A stretch of 64,000 nt of DNA from an uncultured Chloroflexota bacterium. GTDB lineage: Bacteria > Chloroflexota > Anaerolineae > Promineifilales > Promineifilaceae. This document shows positions 1-8,951 of this stretch, one piece after another. Numbering within the stretch: the stretch's first letter is position 1; the number at the start of each line of letters is the position of its first letter. A model generated the notes under the pieces. It was not told the origin of the DNA and ran no database searches. It saw nothing but the letters and a program-made list of their open reading frames with translations. Position numbers and translations under genes: made by a program. The stretch covers positions 3,875-67,874 of the forward strand of contig CAADGU010000415.1 of NCBI GenBank assembly GCA_900696625.1, read 5' to 3'.

Positions 1-548
1 AACAAAGCACCGGGCGCATCATCCATATCCCCAACGGCCTGGTGTTGAAAGAACCGTTAGTCAACACCCACCAGGGCTACCCCTTCATCTGGAACGAAAT
101 TCCGGTGATGGTCACATTTGAAAGCGACTGGGAAAAGGCCAAAGCCATCCTGACCAACATCATCCAGGAGTTGGCGCCCGACATCAGCGAAGGCATCCGC
201 CAGTATGAAAAGCGCCCCGACCGCTTTGTCATTTCCTATGGCAGTTTAGCGCCAATCATTTATACTCGTGTCGCCGACAGCGGCGTGTTATTGACTATGC
301 GCTATCTGGTAGACCCGCGCCGCAAACGGGGCAGCGAAAACGAAATTTGGGAGGCGGTCTTACGCGCCTTCCGGCTGCATGAGGACATTGATTTTGCCTA
401 CCCCACGCAGCGCGAGTTTTTACATTTTCAAGAAGGAAAAAAACCTTACGCGCCCACAACCCAGGAAGAGCCAACCGTTGTTTCCCACAAAGCATGGATG
501 ACATCTGATACCGGTTTCCGGCCCATTCCACCGAAAAAGGACGAGTAA
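1..548 (+). CDS. mechanosensitive ion channel (MscS family), C-terminal part; 5' end lies outside the window
   Basis: The frame is open from nt 3 (..GRIIHIPNGLVLKEPLVN..). This is an MscS-like beta-domain 'IPN' segment followed by a C-terminal domain. Stop at 546-548. Confidence 0.6.
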   Translation, partial: QSTGRIIHIPNGLVLKEPLVNTHQGYPFIWNEIPVMVTFESDWEKAKAILTNIIQELAPDISEGIRQYEKRPDRFVISYGSLAPIIYTRVADSGVLLTMRYLVDPRRKRGSENEIWEAVLRAFRLHEDIDFAYPTQREFLHFQEGKKPYAPTTQEEPTVVSHKAWMTSDTGFRPIPPKKDE

Positions 549-585
549 CGGCCGTAACCCGTAATCCGTAATCGGTAATCGGTGA
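545..585. repeat. short-unit array (GTAAYCS units: gtaacccgtaatccgtaatcggtaatcggtgaacgg)
   Basis: Read directly from the sequence, immediately after the stop of the MscS gene. Belongs to the heptamer-array family seen at other gene ends. Confidence 0.6.
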
Positions 586-620
586 ACGGTATGCTGCCGT
601 GCGTTTTAGGATTGATTGCT

Positions 621-2438
621 ATGATAAAACTGACTTCTGATCAACAAGCCATGCTCGATGGTGAACGCGGCGTGGCCGCGCAAATGGCGATGCGCCTGCT
701 GCTGGATATGGCCGCCGCCGCCAATGCCAGCGAACTGATCCCCATTCAGAGCGCCCACCTCTCCGGCGTCTCGCCGCTGACAGGTGGGCTGGGGCTGCGC
801 CAATTCCTGGCCAAACTGGCCCAAGACCCGCAGGCCAAAGTGGCCGTGCCCACCACGCTCAATGCCGCCGGCTGTGACGAAAACCAGTTTGAGGCCATGC
901 GCATCACCGCCCCCCACTTCCGGGAACACAACCAGGAAATTGTGGCCGCCTACACCCGGCTGGGTGTGCGCCCTACCCAATCCTGCATTCCCTACGAATG
1001 GGAGGGGGTAGTGGTCAACGGCCCAGCGGCCTGGGCGGAATCGAACGCCATCTGTTTTGGCAATTCTTACACCGGGCTGCTCACCAACCGGGAATCGGGG
1101 CTGTCGGCATTGGCCTGCGCCCTGACAGGCTACACCCCCCGCTACGGCCTTCTGGACGAAGCCGCCCGCCGCCCCAACCTGGAAGTGATCGTCACCACGC
1201 CATTGAGCGACCCCACCGACTTTTCTGTTTTGGGCGATTGGATTGGCAAACAGCGCACACCGGCCTGGAAAACGCCCTATGGCCCTATTCCGCTGATTAA
1301 AGGGCTGCCCACCGATTTGAACCACGAGCAAAAGAAGGCGTTGACAGCCGCTGCCGCTAACTATGGCAGCCCGTTACTCTATCTGGACGGGCACGGCCCT
1401 GTCCCGGACGGGGATTTTCAGGCACAGTTGGTTTTTGGCGAGGGAGAATTGAGGGAACGGTATGAAAAGTTACGGCCGTCCCAATCCCCCTCCCTCATCG
1501 CCATTGGCTGCCCCCAGGCGTCGGTTGGGGAACTACGCGCGGTGGCCGAACTGCTCAAAGGGCGACAGTTGCATCCTGATGCGCCGCCGCTGTGGGTCTT
1601 CACCTCCTCGGCCAACAAAGCCATTGCCCAAAAACTGGGCCTGGCCGACATCATTACCAACGCCGGGGCGCTGCTGCTGGAAAACACCTGCCCGGAAGTG
1701 GTGCCCTACGACCCCGCCTGGGTGCAATCCGTCCTCACCAACTCCATGAAAGCGGAGCATTACATCAAGTCCGGGCTGAATGGCGTCCCAACGGCCGTGA
1801 TGCGCCTGGCAGACTGCGTGGCTGTAGCCTTAGGGGAACTAGAGATTGGGAGATTGCCAACCGGAGGTTGGGGAGATTGGGAGATTGGTGATCACCCCCT
1901 CACCTCATCACCCCGCACTGTCCCCAGCGCCCACCCCCTCACCCCCTCACCTGCTCACCACTTACCGCTCACTGCTCACCGCTCACTGCCCACCGGCCCC
2001 TTCACCGCCACCGGTCACGGCTTGCCCTCCCAGCAAGCCTTCACCGTCACCGGCCAGGCGTTTGTGACGGACACGCCCATCACGTTGTTGGGTTTTGTGA
2101 ACCGGGAGACAGGGGTGATTGAAGAGGAAGGGCATCCGGCCAACGGCCGTAGCCTGGCCCACAAGATCGCCATCTTCCCCAAAGGCAGCGGCTCCACCGT
2201 CGCCCCCTACGTGCTGCTGGAACTGTTTTACCGGGGCAATGCCCCCCTGGCCATCGTCAACACCGAAATTGACCAGCAAAGCGCGCCTGCCTGTTCGCTG
2301 GAAGGCATCCCCTACGCCTACGACTTCGACGCTGATGTCATTGCCCACATCAACGACGGCGATACCGTTGAACTCAGCCGCCAGGGAGAGTACGTCACCA
2401 TTCGCGTCCTGGCCCGCCGCGAGATAAAACGTTTGTAG
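621..2438 (+). CDS. aconitase X (AcnX), fused catalytic (DUF521-like) + swivel (DUF126-like) domains, with a repeat-derived linker
   Basis: N-terminus 'MIKLTSDQQAMLDGERGVAAQMAM' and the body look like the AcnX large domain. C-terminus 'GRSLAHKIAIFPKGSGSTVAPYVLLEL..NTEIDQQ' looks like the swivel domain. ATG 621 is preferred over 582. It is one ORF with no stop across 1838-2008. Confidence 0.75.
   Translation: MIKLTSDQQAMLDGERGVAAQMAMRLLLDMAAAANASELIPIQSAHLSGVSPLTGGLGLRQFLAKLAQDPQAKVAVPTTLNAAGCDENQFEAMRITAPHFREHNQEIVAAYTRLGVRPTQSCIPYEWEGVVVNGPAAWAESNAICFGNSYTGLLTNRESGLSALACALTGYTPRYGLLDEAARRPNLEVIVTTPLSDPTDFSVLGDWIGKQRTPAWKTPYGPIPLIKGLPTDLNHEQKKALTAAAANYGSPLLYLDGHGPVPDGDFQAQLVFGEGELRERYEKLRPSQSPSLIAIGCPQASVGELRAVAELLKGRQLHPDAPPLWVFTSSANKAIAQKLGLADIITNAGALLLENTCPEVVPYDPAWVQSVLTNSMKAEHYIKSGLNGVPTAVMRLADCVAVALGELEIGRLPTGGWGDWEIGDHPLTSSPRTVPSAHPLTPSPAHHLPLTAHRSLPTGPFTATGHGLPSQQAFTVTGQAFVTDTPITLLGFVNRETGVIEEEGHPANGRSLAHKIAIFPKGSGSTVAPYVLLELFYRGNAPLAIVNTEIDQQSAPACSLEGIPYAYDFDADVIAHINDGDTVELSRQGEYVTIRVLARREIKRL
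1838..2008. repeat. composite repeat (GGGAGATTG units + CCAACC/GGTTGG hairpin + CTCACC/GCTCAC units), inverted copy of 4106-4266
   Basis: Long exact reverse-complement matches to 4106-4266 (for example gagattgccaaccggaggttggggagattgggagattggtgatcaccc, and ctcactgcccaccggccccttcacc). Lies in-frame inside the AcnX ORF. Confidence 0.85.
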
Positions 2439-2485
2439 TAGGCGATTTATCGCCTGCAAAGGGCGATAAATCGCCTACTACAAAC
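2431..2485. terminator. perfect 24-bp inverted repeat (hairpin) overlapping the AcnX stop codon; no U-tract
   Basis: gtttgtagtaggcgatttatcgcc (2431-2454), loop tgcaaag, ggcgataaatcgcctactacaaac (2462-2485). The TAG stop at 2436-2438 lies in the left arm. Confidence 0.4.
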
Positions 2486-2510
2486 GACAAACCTGTTACA
2501 AGGATACACA

Positions 2511-3731
2511 ATGTCGCATGACTTATTAGATTTATTACTGGCGCTGGTCATCATCGTCATTGCCGCCAAAGCATGTGGCTACCTCAGCATGAGGTTGGGG
2601 CAGCCCTCGGTGTTGGGTGAACTGATGGCCGGCATCATTCTTGGCCCCACCCTGCTCAATATCTTCCACACCATACCCGCCTTTAACGACTCGGAATTGT
2701 TGAGCATCACGGTGGCCGAGTTTGCCGAGTTGGGGGTGCTGGTGCTGATGATGCTCGCCGGGCTGGAACTGCACCTGTCCGATTTGCTCAAATCCGGCAA
2801 AGTATCGGCGATTACGGGGACGATGGGCGTTTTTGTGCCGGTGGTGTTGGGGTATGGCACGGCCGTACTCTTTGGTCTGAGTTCTACAGAAGCCTTGTTT
2901 GTGGGCATCGCCCTCTCCGCCACCAGCGTCAGCATCTCCGCCCAAACACTGATGGAGTTGGGCGTCTTACGCAGCCGGGTGGGCATTGCCTTGTTGGGCG
3001 CGGCCGTGTTTGATGACATCCTGGGCATCCTCCTGCTCTCCGTTGCCTCGGCGCTCTTCATCGGCGCCAGCAGCAGCCGTGACTCCGTCGGCATGGTCGT
3101 CTTCCGCATGGTCGCCTTCCTCGGCGGCGCCGGTATTCTGGGCTACCTGTTCATCCCCCGCCTCACCCGCTGGATTAACAGACTGGAGATTTTCCAGGGA
3201 CTCATCGCCTTCGCCCTGGTGTTGTGCTTTCTCTACGCCTGGGCGTCTGAAGCGATCGGTGGCGTGGCCGGCATCACCGGCGCCTTTATGGTGGGGCTCA
3301 TGTTGGGGCTGACCCCCTATCGCTCAGAAATCATCAACGGCCTTTCCGCCATTGCCTATGGCCTGTTTGTGCCCGTCTTCTTTGTGAACATTGGCCTGAA
3401 CGTGGACTTGTTGAGCATTAGCGGTTCGGCCTGGATTTTTGCCATCACGCTCACCACAGTCGCCATCCTCAGCAAGGTTGTTGGCTGTGGGTTGGGCGGG
3501 CGTCTGAGCGGCTTCACCAACCGGGAATCGCTGCAATTGGGCATCGGCATGGTTTCGCGCGGTGAAGTTGGCCTGATTGTGGCCGCCTTCGCCATTTCTC
3601 AGGGCGTATTAAGCCAAAACACATTCTCCATTATCGTGTTTATGGTCATCATCGCCACCTTAGTCACACCGCCTATGCTGCGCAATGCTTTCAGAGGACA
3701 GGCGCAAAAACAACCGGCAAAAGGAGTTTAG
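2511..3731 (+). CDS. cation:proton antiporter (CPA2 / Kef-type Na+/H+ exchanger family)
   Basis: 406 aa and polytopic. Typical CPA N-terminus 'LLLALVIIVIAAKACGYLSMRLGQPSVLGELMAGIILGP'. SD aagga upstream of the ATG. Confidence 0.85.
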   Translation: MSHDLLDLLLALVIIVIAAKACGYLSMRLGQPSVLGELMAGIILGPTLLNIFHTIPAFNDSELLSITVAEFAELGVLVLMMLAGLELHLSDLLKSGKVSAITGTMGVFVPVVLGYGTAVLFGLSSTEALFVGIALSATSVSISAQTLMELGVLRSRVGIALLGAAVFDDILGILLLSVASALFIGASSSRDSVGMVVFRMVAFLGGAGILGYLFIPRLTRWINRLEIFQGLIAFALVLCFLYAWASEAIGGVAGITGAFMVGLMLGLTPYRSEIINGLSAIAYGLFVPVFFVNIGLNVDLLSISGSAWIFAITLTTVAILSKVVGCGLGGRLSGFTNRESLQLGIGMVSRGEVGLIVAAFAISQGVLSQNTFSIIVFMVIIATLVTPPMLRNAFRGQAQKQPAKGV

Positions 3732-3733
3732 CA

Positions 3734-4111
3734 ATGTACCATATGGTTCTTCTCATTTTGAATGATCTGGATGACTGCACACCCGTCCTGGACGCCTGGG
3801 AAGCATTGGGTGTTGGCGGCATCACCATCCTGGAAAGCACCGGTCTAGGCCATGCCCGCAAATCAGGCATCCGCGAAAACATGCCCACCATGCCCTCGCT
3901 GGCCGACTTCTTCCGCCGTTCCGAACACCGCCACCGTACCATTTTCACCGTTGTAGACAGTGAGGAAATGGCCGATAAGCTCATTGAGGTCACGGAACAA
4001 ACCCTCGGCAATTTAGAAAGCGCCGACAATGGCGTCTTGTTTGTGCTGCCGGTTTCCAAAGCCAAAGGCATTCGCGGCGGCCAAAAACGGGCGCAGGAGC
4101 GGCGGGGGTGA
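3734..4111 (+). CDS. PII-like (GlnB-fold) small signalling protein
   Basis: 125 aa. 'MVLLILNDLDDCTPVLDAWEALGVGGITILESTGLG' aligns by eye with the beta1-alpha1-beta2 of PII proteins. SD aaggag. Starts 2 nt after the antiporter stop. Confidence 0.5.
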   Translation: MYHMVLLILNDLDDCTPVLDAWEALGVGGITILESTGLGHARKSGIRENMPTMPSLADFFRRSEHRHRTIFTVVDSEEMADKLIEVTEQTLGNLESADNGVLFVLPVSKAKGIRGGQKRAQERRG

Positions 4112-4266
4112 TGGGGTGAGCAGGTGAAGGGGCCGGTGGGCAGTGAGAGGTGAGCGGTGAGCAGGTGAGGGGGTGATGGGGTGATGGGGTGATGAGGTGA
4201 GGGGGTGATCACCAATCTCCCAATCTCCCCAACCTCCGGTTGGCAATCTCCCAATCTCCCGATTAC
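4106..4266. repeat. composite repeat, inverted copy of 1838-2008
   Basis: ggtgaaggggccggtgggcagtgag and gggtgatcaccaatctcccaatctccccaacctccggttggcaatctc are exact reverse complements of segments in 1838-2008. Overlaps the last codons of the PII-like gene. Confidence 0.85.
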
Positions 4267-4316
4267 TGTGGCCGATCTCCAGACATAGCCACATAGGGAT
4301 ATACGGCCGTACCTAC

Positions 4317-5276
4317 TCACTCACCAACCACACGTTCAATAAACGCCCGGCTTTCGGCAGCGATCACGTCGGGGGCATAGTTGTGCAGATAATGGGGCAC
4401 ATCCAGCGCCAGAGATTCTCCCCCGGCGGCGGCCGCGTAAGCGATCAAAATGTCAGGCCAGTTGTCCAGCGCCACATCGGAAGCGTTGGAGACAAAAAAG
4501 AAGAGGGGAACGTCGGGGATACCTGTAGCGGCTACCAGTTGCGGATTGCCTGTGGCCTTTATTTCGGCCAGCATGTTGGGCGTCAGGGTGCGCCGGTAAA
4601 AGAGGGAGCAGAAGACGGCCGTTTCTTCGGCCGTTAAATGCCCTTCGCTAACAGCGGCAAACTCGTGACACACGGATGCTCCTGACCGGATCACCCCCGT
4701 GCGCGCCGCAAACGTGATGACGGAAAGCATCAATTGCGGCGGCGGCGGCATGACTTCATAAATTTCAGGCAAGGCCGGGTCCAGCCCCACAATGGCCGCC
4801 ACCTCATCGGGATAGAGGTTGGCCCAATAAAGCGCCTCCAACCCGGCCATCGAGTGCGGAAACAACACGTAGGGCGGACTTTCCCCCGCCAGTTGCAGCG
4901 CCAGGCGTGTTTCGGCCAGGACGGTGTCAATGTCGCGGGGCGTGTCGCCTATTTCGCTCCAGCCATAACCGGCCCGCTCCACAACGGCAATACGGTATTC
5001 GTCTGAGAGGCGGCTGTAGAGCGCCTTGAAATCCAATGTGGGGGCGCTGGTGCCGCTGCCCGACAGAAAAACCAGCGTCAATGGCCCCTCCCCTGATCCC
5101 TCCCCTTCGCTGTAAACGTGCAACTTATGGTCCCCCACGGCGACCATTTGGCCCGGCGGCGGATAGAGTGTTTCTTCTTGCACCGAACGAATCGTGTGAT
5201 TGACAAAACTACCCCCAATCAACAGCACCAGTAAAATAACAATTCCCAGGGTAATCCATTTGAGTACTCGTTTCAC
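4317..5276 (-). CDS. alpha/beta hydrolase with N-terminal membrane anchor
   Basis: 319 aa. N-terminal TM segment, nucleophile elbow 'HSMAG', and the typical 'LVFLSGSG' segment. Confidence 0.75.
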   Translation of the reverse strand: MKRVLKWITLGIVILLVLLIGGSFVNHTIRSVQEETLYPPPGQMVAVGDHKLHVYSEGEGSGEGPLTLVFLSGSGTSAPTLDFKALYSRLSDEYRIAVVERAGYGWSEIGDTPRDIDTVLAETRLALQLAGESPPYVLFPHSMAGLEALYWANLYPDEVAAIVGLDPALPEIYEVMPPPPQLMLSVITFAARTGVIRSGASVCHEFAAVSEGHLTAEETAVFCSLFYRRTLTPNMLAEIKATGNPQLVAATGIPDVPLFFFVSNASDVALDNWPDILIAYAAAAGGESLALDVPHYLHNYAPDVIAAESRAFIERVVGE

Positions 5277-5346
5277 TATGACCTCACTTCATTAAAAAAA
5301 GTTCATCTTTTCCCAAAAGTTGAACTTTTGGGAACCTGGTTGAAAG

Positions 5347-7218
5347 CTAGTCCAGATGCGCTTTCACCGCTTCGGCCACTTCCACGGGGATGCCGGGCAC
5401 GGTGGCGATCTCCTCGACGGTGGCCTGGCGAATGCCGTCTAGCGAGCCGAAGCGATCGAGCAGCAGTTTGCGCCGCTTGGGGCCAACACCGGGGATGCCG
5501 TCCAAAATGGAAGCCGTGCCCACCTTTGACCGCTGCTTGCGGTGCCCCTCGTTGGCAAAACGGTGCGCCTCGTCCCGTACCCGCTGCACCAGATACAACC
5601 CCTGCGACCGCCGATCCAACAGAATGGAGCGGGGGTTGCCGGGCACAAATAACTCTTCCTCTTGTTTGGCCAGACCGGCCAGCGGCACTTCCCCTTCCAG
5701 CCCAAATTCGCGCAGCACATGCACAGCCATACTCAACTGCCCCTTGCCGCCGTCCACAATGAGCAGGTCGGGCAAGATGGCCCAGGCCGTATCTTTTTGC
5801 TTGCCGATCTGGCTGGCATCATGCAGTTCACCGTCCAGCGATTCCTGGTAACGTTGGAAGCGGCGGGTAAGTGTCTCTTTCATCGCGCCAAAGTCGTCAT
5901 TGGTGACGGTGCGGATGTTAAAGCGGCGGTAGTCGCTCTTTTTGGGCGCGCCCTGCACAAACACGACCATGGAGGCAACGGTGTTGGTACCCTGTGTGTG
6001 GCTGATGTCGTAACATTCGATGCGAGCGGGCGGTGTGGGCAGATTAAGCGCCTCTTGCAGTTCGGCCAGGGCCTGTACGTGTTTGGAGCGGTCGGCTTCC
6101 CACTGCTGGCGGATGGTGTTCAGGGTGTCCTGGGCGTTGGTGGCGGCCATTTGCACCAGCTCTTTTTTCTTGCCCTTTTGGGGCACGGTGATGGTGACTT
6201 TGGTGCTGCGTTTCTGGCGCAGCCACTCTTCGATGACCATGGCTTCGGAGACTTCGCTGGGCAGCAGCACTTCTTTGGGGATGTGGGCGGCTTCGTCGTA
6301 GAAGCGGGTGAGGAAGTCGCTGAGGATGGTTTCGTCGCTTTCGCCTTCGGCATTGTCTAGCATGAAGTATTCACGGCCGATCAATTTGCCGTAGCGGATG
6401 AAAAAGACCTGAACGCAGGCGTCGCCCTGGTCGCGGGCAAAGGCGATGACGTCCTGGTCGGCGTTGGCGGCGGAGATGACTTTTTGTTTGGCGGTGACTT
6501 TGGTCACGGCCGTTAACTGATCCCGATACTCTGCCGCCTTCTCAAATTGCAAATTTTCCGCTGCCCGCGCCATCTTTTGCTCTATCTCTTTGGCAATGTG
6601 TTCCGACTTGCCATTCAGAAAATCCATCAGGTTTTGAATCATAGCCCGGTACTGTTCCCGGTTCACCGCGCCAATGCAGGGGCCGTTGCACAGCTTGATG
6701 TCATAGTACAGGCAGGCGCGTTCGTCTTGCCCATTGATGATGCGGTCACACGTCAGGTAGGGGAAAATTTTGCGCAGCATGTCCAGCGTCTGATGCACGG
6801 CCCAGACAGAGGTGTAGGGGCCAAAGTAACGCGCCCCGTCCCGCTCCATGCGCCGGGTGACGGTCACTTTGGGGAAATCATCCTGCCAATGCACCTTGAT
6901 GTAGGGGTAGCGTTTATCGTCTTTGAGGCGGATGTTGTATTTGGGCTTGTGCTTTTTGATGAGGGTGTTTTCCAGCAGCAGCGCTTCCAGTTCGCTTTCG
7001 GTGGTGATAATTTCCAGGTCGAAGATTTCGCGGCGCAGGCGGGACGTTTTGATGGAGTCTACATTTTCGTGGAAGTAGGAACGGACGCGGCTGCGCAGGT
7101 TAATCGCTTTGCCCACGTAAATGATCGTGCCGTACTTATCTTTATGTAAATAAACGCCTGGTTTGGCGGGCAGTTTTTTCAGGATTTCCTGGATGCTTTC
7201 GGGGGGAAGGTAACTCAT
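5347..7218 (-). CDS. uvrC: excinuclease ABC subunit C
   Basis: 623 aa. GIY-YIG N-terminus 'PGVYLHKDKYGTIIYVGKAINLRSRV', UvrBC domain, and C-terminal (HhH)2 'IPGVGPKRRKLLLDRFGSLDGI'. Confidence 0.95.
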   Translation of the reverse strand: MSYLPPESIQEILKKLPAKPGVYLHKDKYGTIIYVGKAINLRSRVRSYFHENVDSIKTSRLRREIFDLEIITTESELEALLLENTLIKKHKPKYNIRLKDDKRYPYIKVHWQDDFPKVTVTRRMERDGARYFGPYTSVWAVHQTLDMLRKIFPYLTCDRIINGQDERACLYYDIKLCNGPCIGAVNREQYRAMIQNLMDFLNGKSEHIAKEIEQKMARAAENLQFEKAAEYRDQLTAVTKVTAKQKVISAANADQDVIAFARDQGDACVQVFFIRYGKLIGREYFMLDNAEGESDETILSDFLTRFYDEAAHIPKEVLLPSEVSEAMVIEEWLRQKRSTKVTITVPQKGKKKELVQMAATNAQDTLNTIRQQWEADRSKHVQALAELQEALNLPTPPARIECYDISHTQGTNTVASMVVFVQGAPKKSDYRRFNIRTVTNDDFGAMKETLTRRFQRYQESLDGELHDASQIGKQKDTAWAILPDLLIVDGGKGQLSMAVHVLREFGLEGEVPLAGLAKQEEELFVPGNPRSILLDRRSQGLYLVQRVRDEAHRFANEGHRKQRSKVGTASILDGIPGVGPKRRKLLLDRFGSLDGIRQATVEEIATVPGIPVEVAEAVKAHLD

Positions 7219-7238
7219 GGGTTAAGTCTCAAATTGTT

Positions 7239-7303
7239 GGAGATCAGGAGATTGGGGGATTGGGAGATTGAAAAGCATAATCTCTCAGCCTCCTAATCTC
7301 ATT
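7239..7303. repeat. heptamer array GGAGATY x4 followed by inverted AATCTC units
   Basis: ggagatcaggagattgggggattgggagattg aaaagcat aatctctcagcctcctaatctcatt. Lies between the vapC stop and the uvrC start. Confidence 0.7.
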
Positions 7304-7304
7304 C

Positions 7305-7727
7305 TTAATGCATCGGCCAGAGTTGAAACCCGGCCTGGACAAAATGGTGGTCAAAAGTAAATGCCTGATACAGTCCCAATTGGCGCATCAAGACAAAGCT
7401 GGTGCAATCGGTAAAGGCCCATGTCTTATCACTATAAGTCTGGAACATTTGCCAGGCTGCCCCCCATACGGCTTCATCCACGCGCACAAGTTCAACATTG
7501 CCGGCATTTAGTAACCAACGGCCAAATTGAACGGCCGCTGCGTGGTATGTGCGCGTAAGCAAGAAAGTAATCGCTTCATCAAAAACATAATCTGAAGTAA
7601 TCAGGCGCAGATGATAACTGCGCAACGATCTTAATGCCGCCGTCGCCACCGCATGATATTGATCTTGCCCATCGTAAAGGGCGATCCAACCACTGCTGTC
7701 CACGAACAACTCAATTTCATGTGTCAT
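7305..7727 (-). CDS. vapC: type II toxin, PIN-domain ribonuclease (VapC family)
   Basis: 140 aa. PIN acidic positions 'LFVDSSGWIAL', 'DEAITF', 'FTDCTSF', 'FDHHF'. Overlaps the upstream RHH gene. Confidence 0.85.
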   Translation of the reverse strand: MTHEIELFVDSSGWIALYDGQDQYHAVATAALRSLRSYHLRLITSDYVFDEAITFLLTRTYHAAAVQFGRWLLNAGNVELVRVDEAVWGAAWQMFQTYSDKTWAFTDCTSFVLMRQLGLYQAFTFDHHFVQAGFQLWPMH

Positions 7728-8007
7728 GCTCTACAGGATCCCAGTCTCGCGCATAGATGTATTTGTCATGATTAACAGAACCATCATTGACGCCACTTTT
7801 GATCATCCCAATTATTTCCCATATGGGGTCATCGTCCGTGAGGATGGGCGCCTGTGCCCTGGCTTCACCAGTGGCTACAACGTATTCCACCAGGGCTTCC
7901 CGAATCTGGTCAGCCATGGTGATGCCCTCCCGTTCGGCGCGGGCTTTGATCTGGTCGTAGATGTCTCGCGGCAGGTAAACCTGGGTACGTACCATATTTT
8001 CCGCCAT
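7717..8007 (-). CDS. vapB: type II antitoxin, ribbon-helix-helix (CopG/VapB-like)
   Basis: 'VRTQVYLPRDIYDQIKARAEREGITMADQIREAL' is an RHH pattern. ATG 8007 is preceded by GGAGG. 11-nt overlap with vapC. Confidence 0.8.
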   Translation of the reverse strand: MAENMVRTQVYLPRDIYDQIKARAEREGITMADQIREALVEYVVATGEARAQAPILTDDDPIWEIIGMIKSGVNDGSVNHDKYIYARDWDPVEHDT

Positions 8008-8220
8008 ATTTGCCTCCAACTGCCATTAGATGTATGGAGTATACATCTACGAATGATTGAGGGCAATTTCTTGACAAGTAGTGCCAGGCAAGGGGCTGTA
8101 TGGCCTTGGTCAATCAACATGGTTCTGCCCTTTGCCTGGTACTGCCTGGCGTATCAACAAAAAATTCGCGCACATACACACGGCCGTACCCGCTTTATGC
8201 TAGAATTGGCGGCAGAAATA

Positions 8221-8273
8221 GGGAGATTGGAGATTGGAGATGGACACATCTCTAGTCTCCAATCTCTAATCTC
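8221..8273. repeat. palindromic heptamer array (GGAGATT)n ... (AATCTCY)n
   Basis: gggagattggagattggagatggacacatctctagtctccaatctctaatctc, directly upstream of pcm. Confidence 0.7.
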
Positions 8274-8282
8274 AGATAACTT

Positions 8283-8951
8283 TTGAGTGAAAATTTGAGT
8301 ACCAACAATTTTACTACCAAACGTGAACGCATGGTACGGGAACAGATTATGGGGCGGGGTATTGAGGACACGGCCGTACTCCGCGCCATGCGCACTGTGC
8401 CCCGTGAACAATTTGTGTTGGACGAGTACCGCGACTACGCCTACGATGACAGCCCGCTGCCCATCCCTGCCCACCAGACCATCTCTCAACCGTATGTGGT
8501 CGCCTATATGCTGGAAGCGATGGATTTGCAGCCGCGGGATCGGGTGCTGGAAATTGGCGCGGGTTCGGGGTATGTGGCGGCGCTGCTCAGTCATATTGTG
8601 GCCGAAGTGCATACGGTGGAACGGCACGAGCGGCTGGTGTGGTATGCCCGTGAACGGCTGGCGGCGTTGGGCTATGACAATGTGTGGGTACATCATGGGG
8701 ATGGTTCACTCGGTTGGCCGCCGGCGGCGCCGTATGATGGCATTGTGGTAGCGGCGGGCGGGCCGATTGTGCCGCCCACACTCAAGCAGCAGATGAAAGT
8801 TCACGGCCGTCTGGTGATGCCGGTGGGTAAACGCGGCAGCCAAACCCTGGTGCGGCTGGTGCGCCTCAGCGACGACGACTACCAACACCTCAACCTCGGC
8901 CCTGTCAAGTTTGTGCCCCTGGTGGGGGAAGAGGGGTGGGGGAAAGAGTGA
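8283..8951 (+). CDS. pcm: protein-L-isoaspartate O-methyltransferase
   Basis: 'VLRAMRTVPREQFV', 'ISQPYVVAYMLE', SAM motif 'VLEIGAGSGY', 'PYDGIVVAAG'. The start may be TTG 8283 or ATG 8331. Confidence 0.9.
   Translation: MSENLSTNNFTTKRERMVREQIMGRGIEDTAVLRAMRTVPREQFVLDEYRDYAYDDSPLPIPAHQTISQPYVVAYMLEAMDLQPRDRVLEIGAGSGYVAALLSHIVAEVHTVERHERLVWYARERLAALGYDNVWVHHGDGSLGWPPAAPYDGIVVAAGGPIVPPTLKQQMKVHGRLVMPVGKRGSQTLVRLVRLSDDDYQHLNLGPVKFVPLVGEEGWGKE

Noticed and set aside
606-1331. 241-aa minus-strand ORF (and several 60-100-aa ORFs) overlapping aconitase-X
   Set aside because: They are antisense to, or out of frame with, a gene that has clear family motifs. They are low-complexity Gly/Arg/Ala-rich translations.
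8154-8696. 180-aa minus-strand ORF overlapping pcm
   Set aside because: pcm carries unambiguous methyltransferase motifs on the plus strand. The antisense ORF has no recognisable features.
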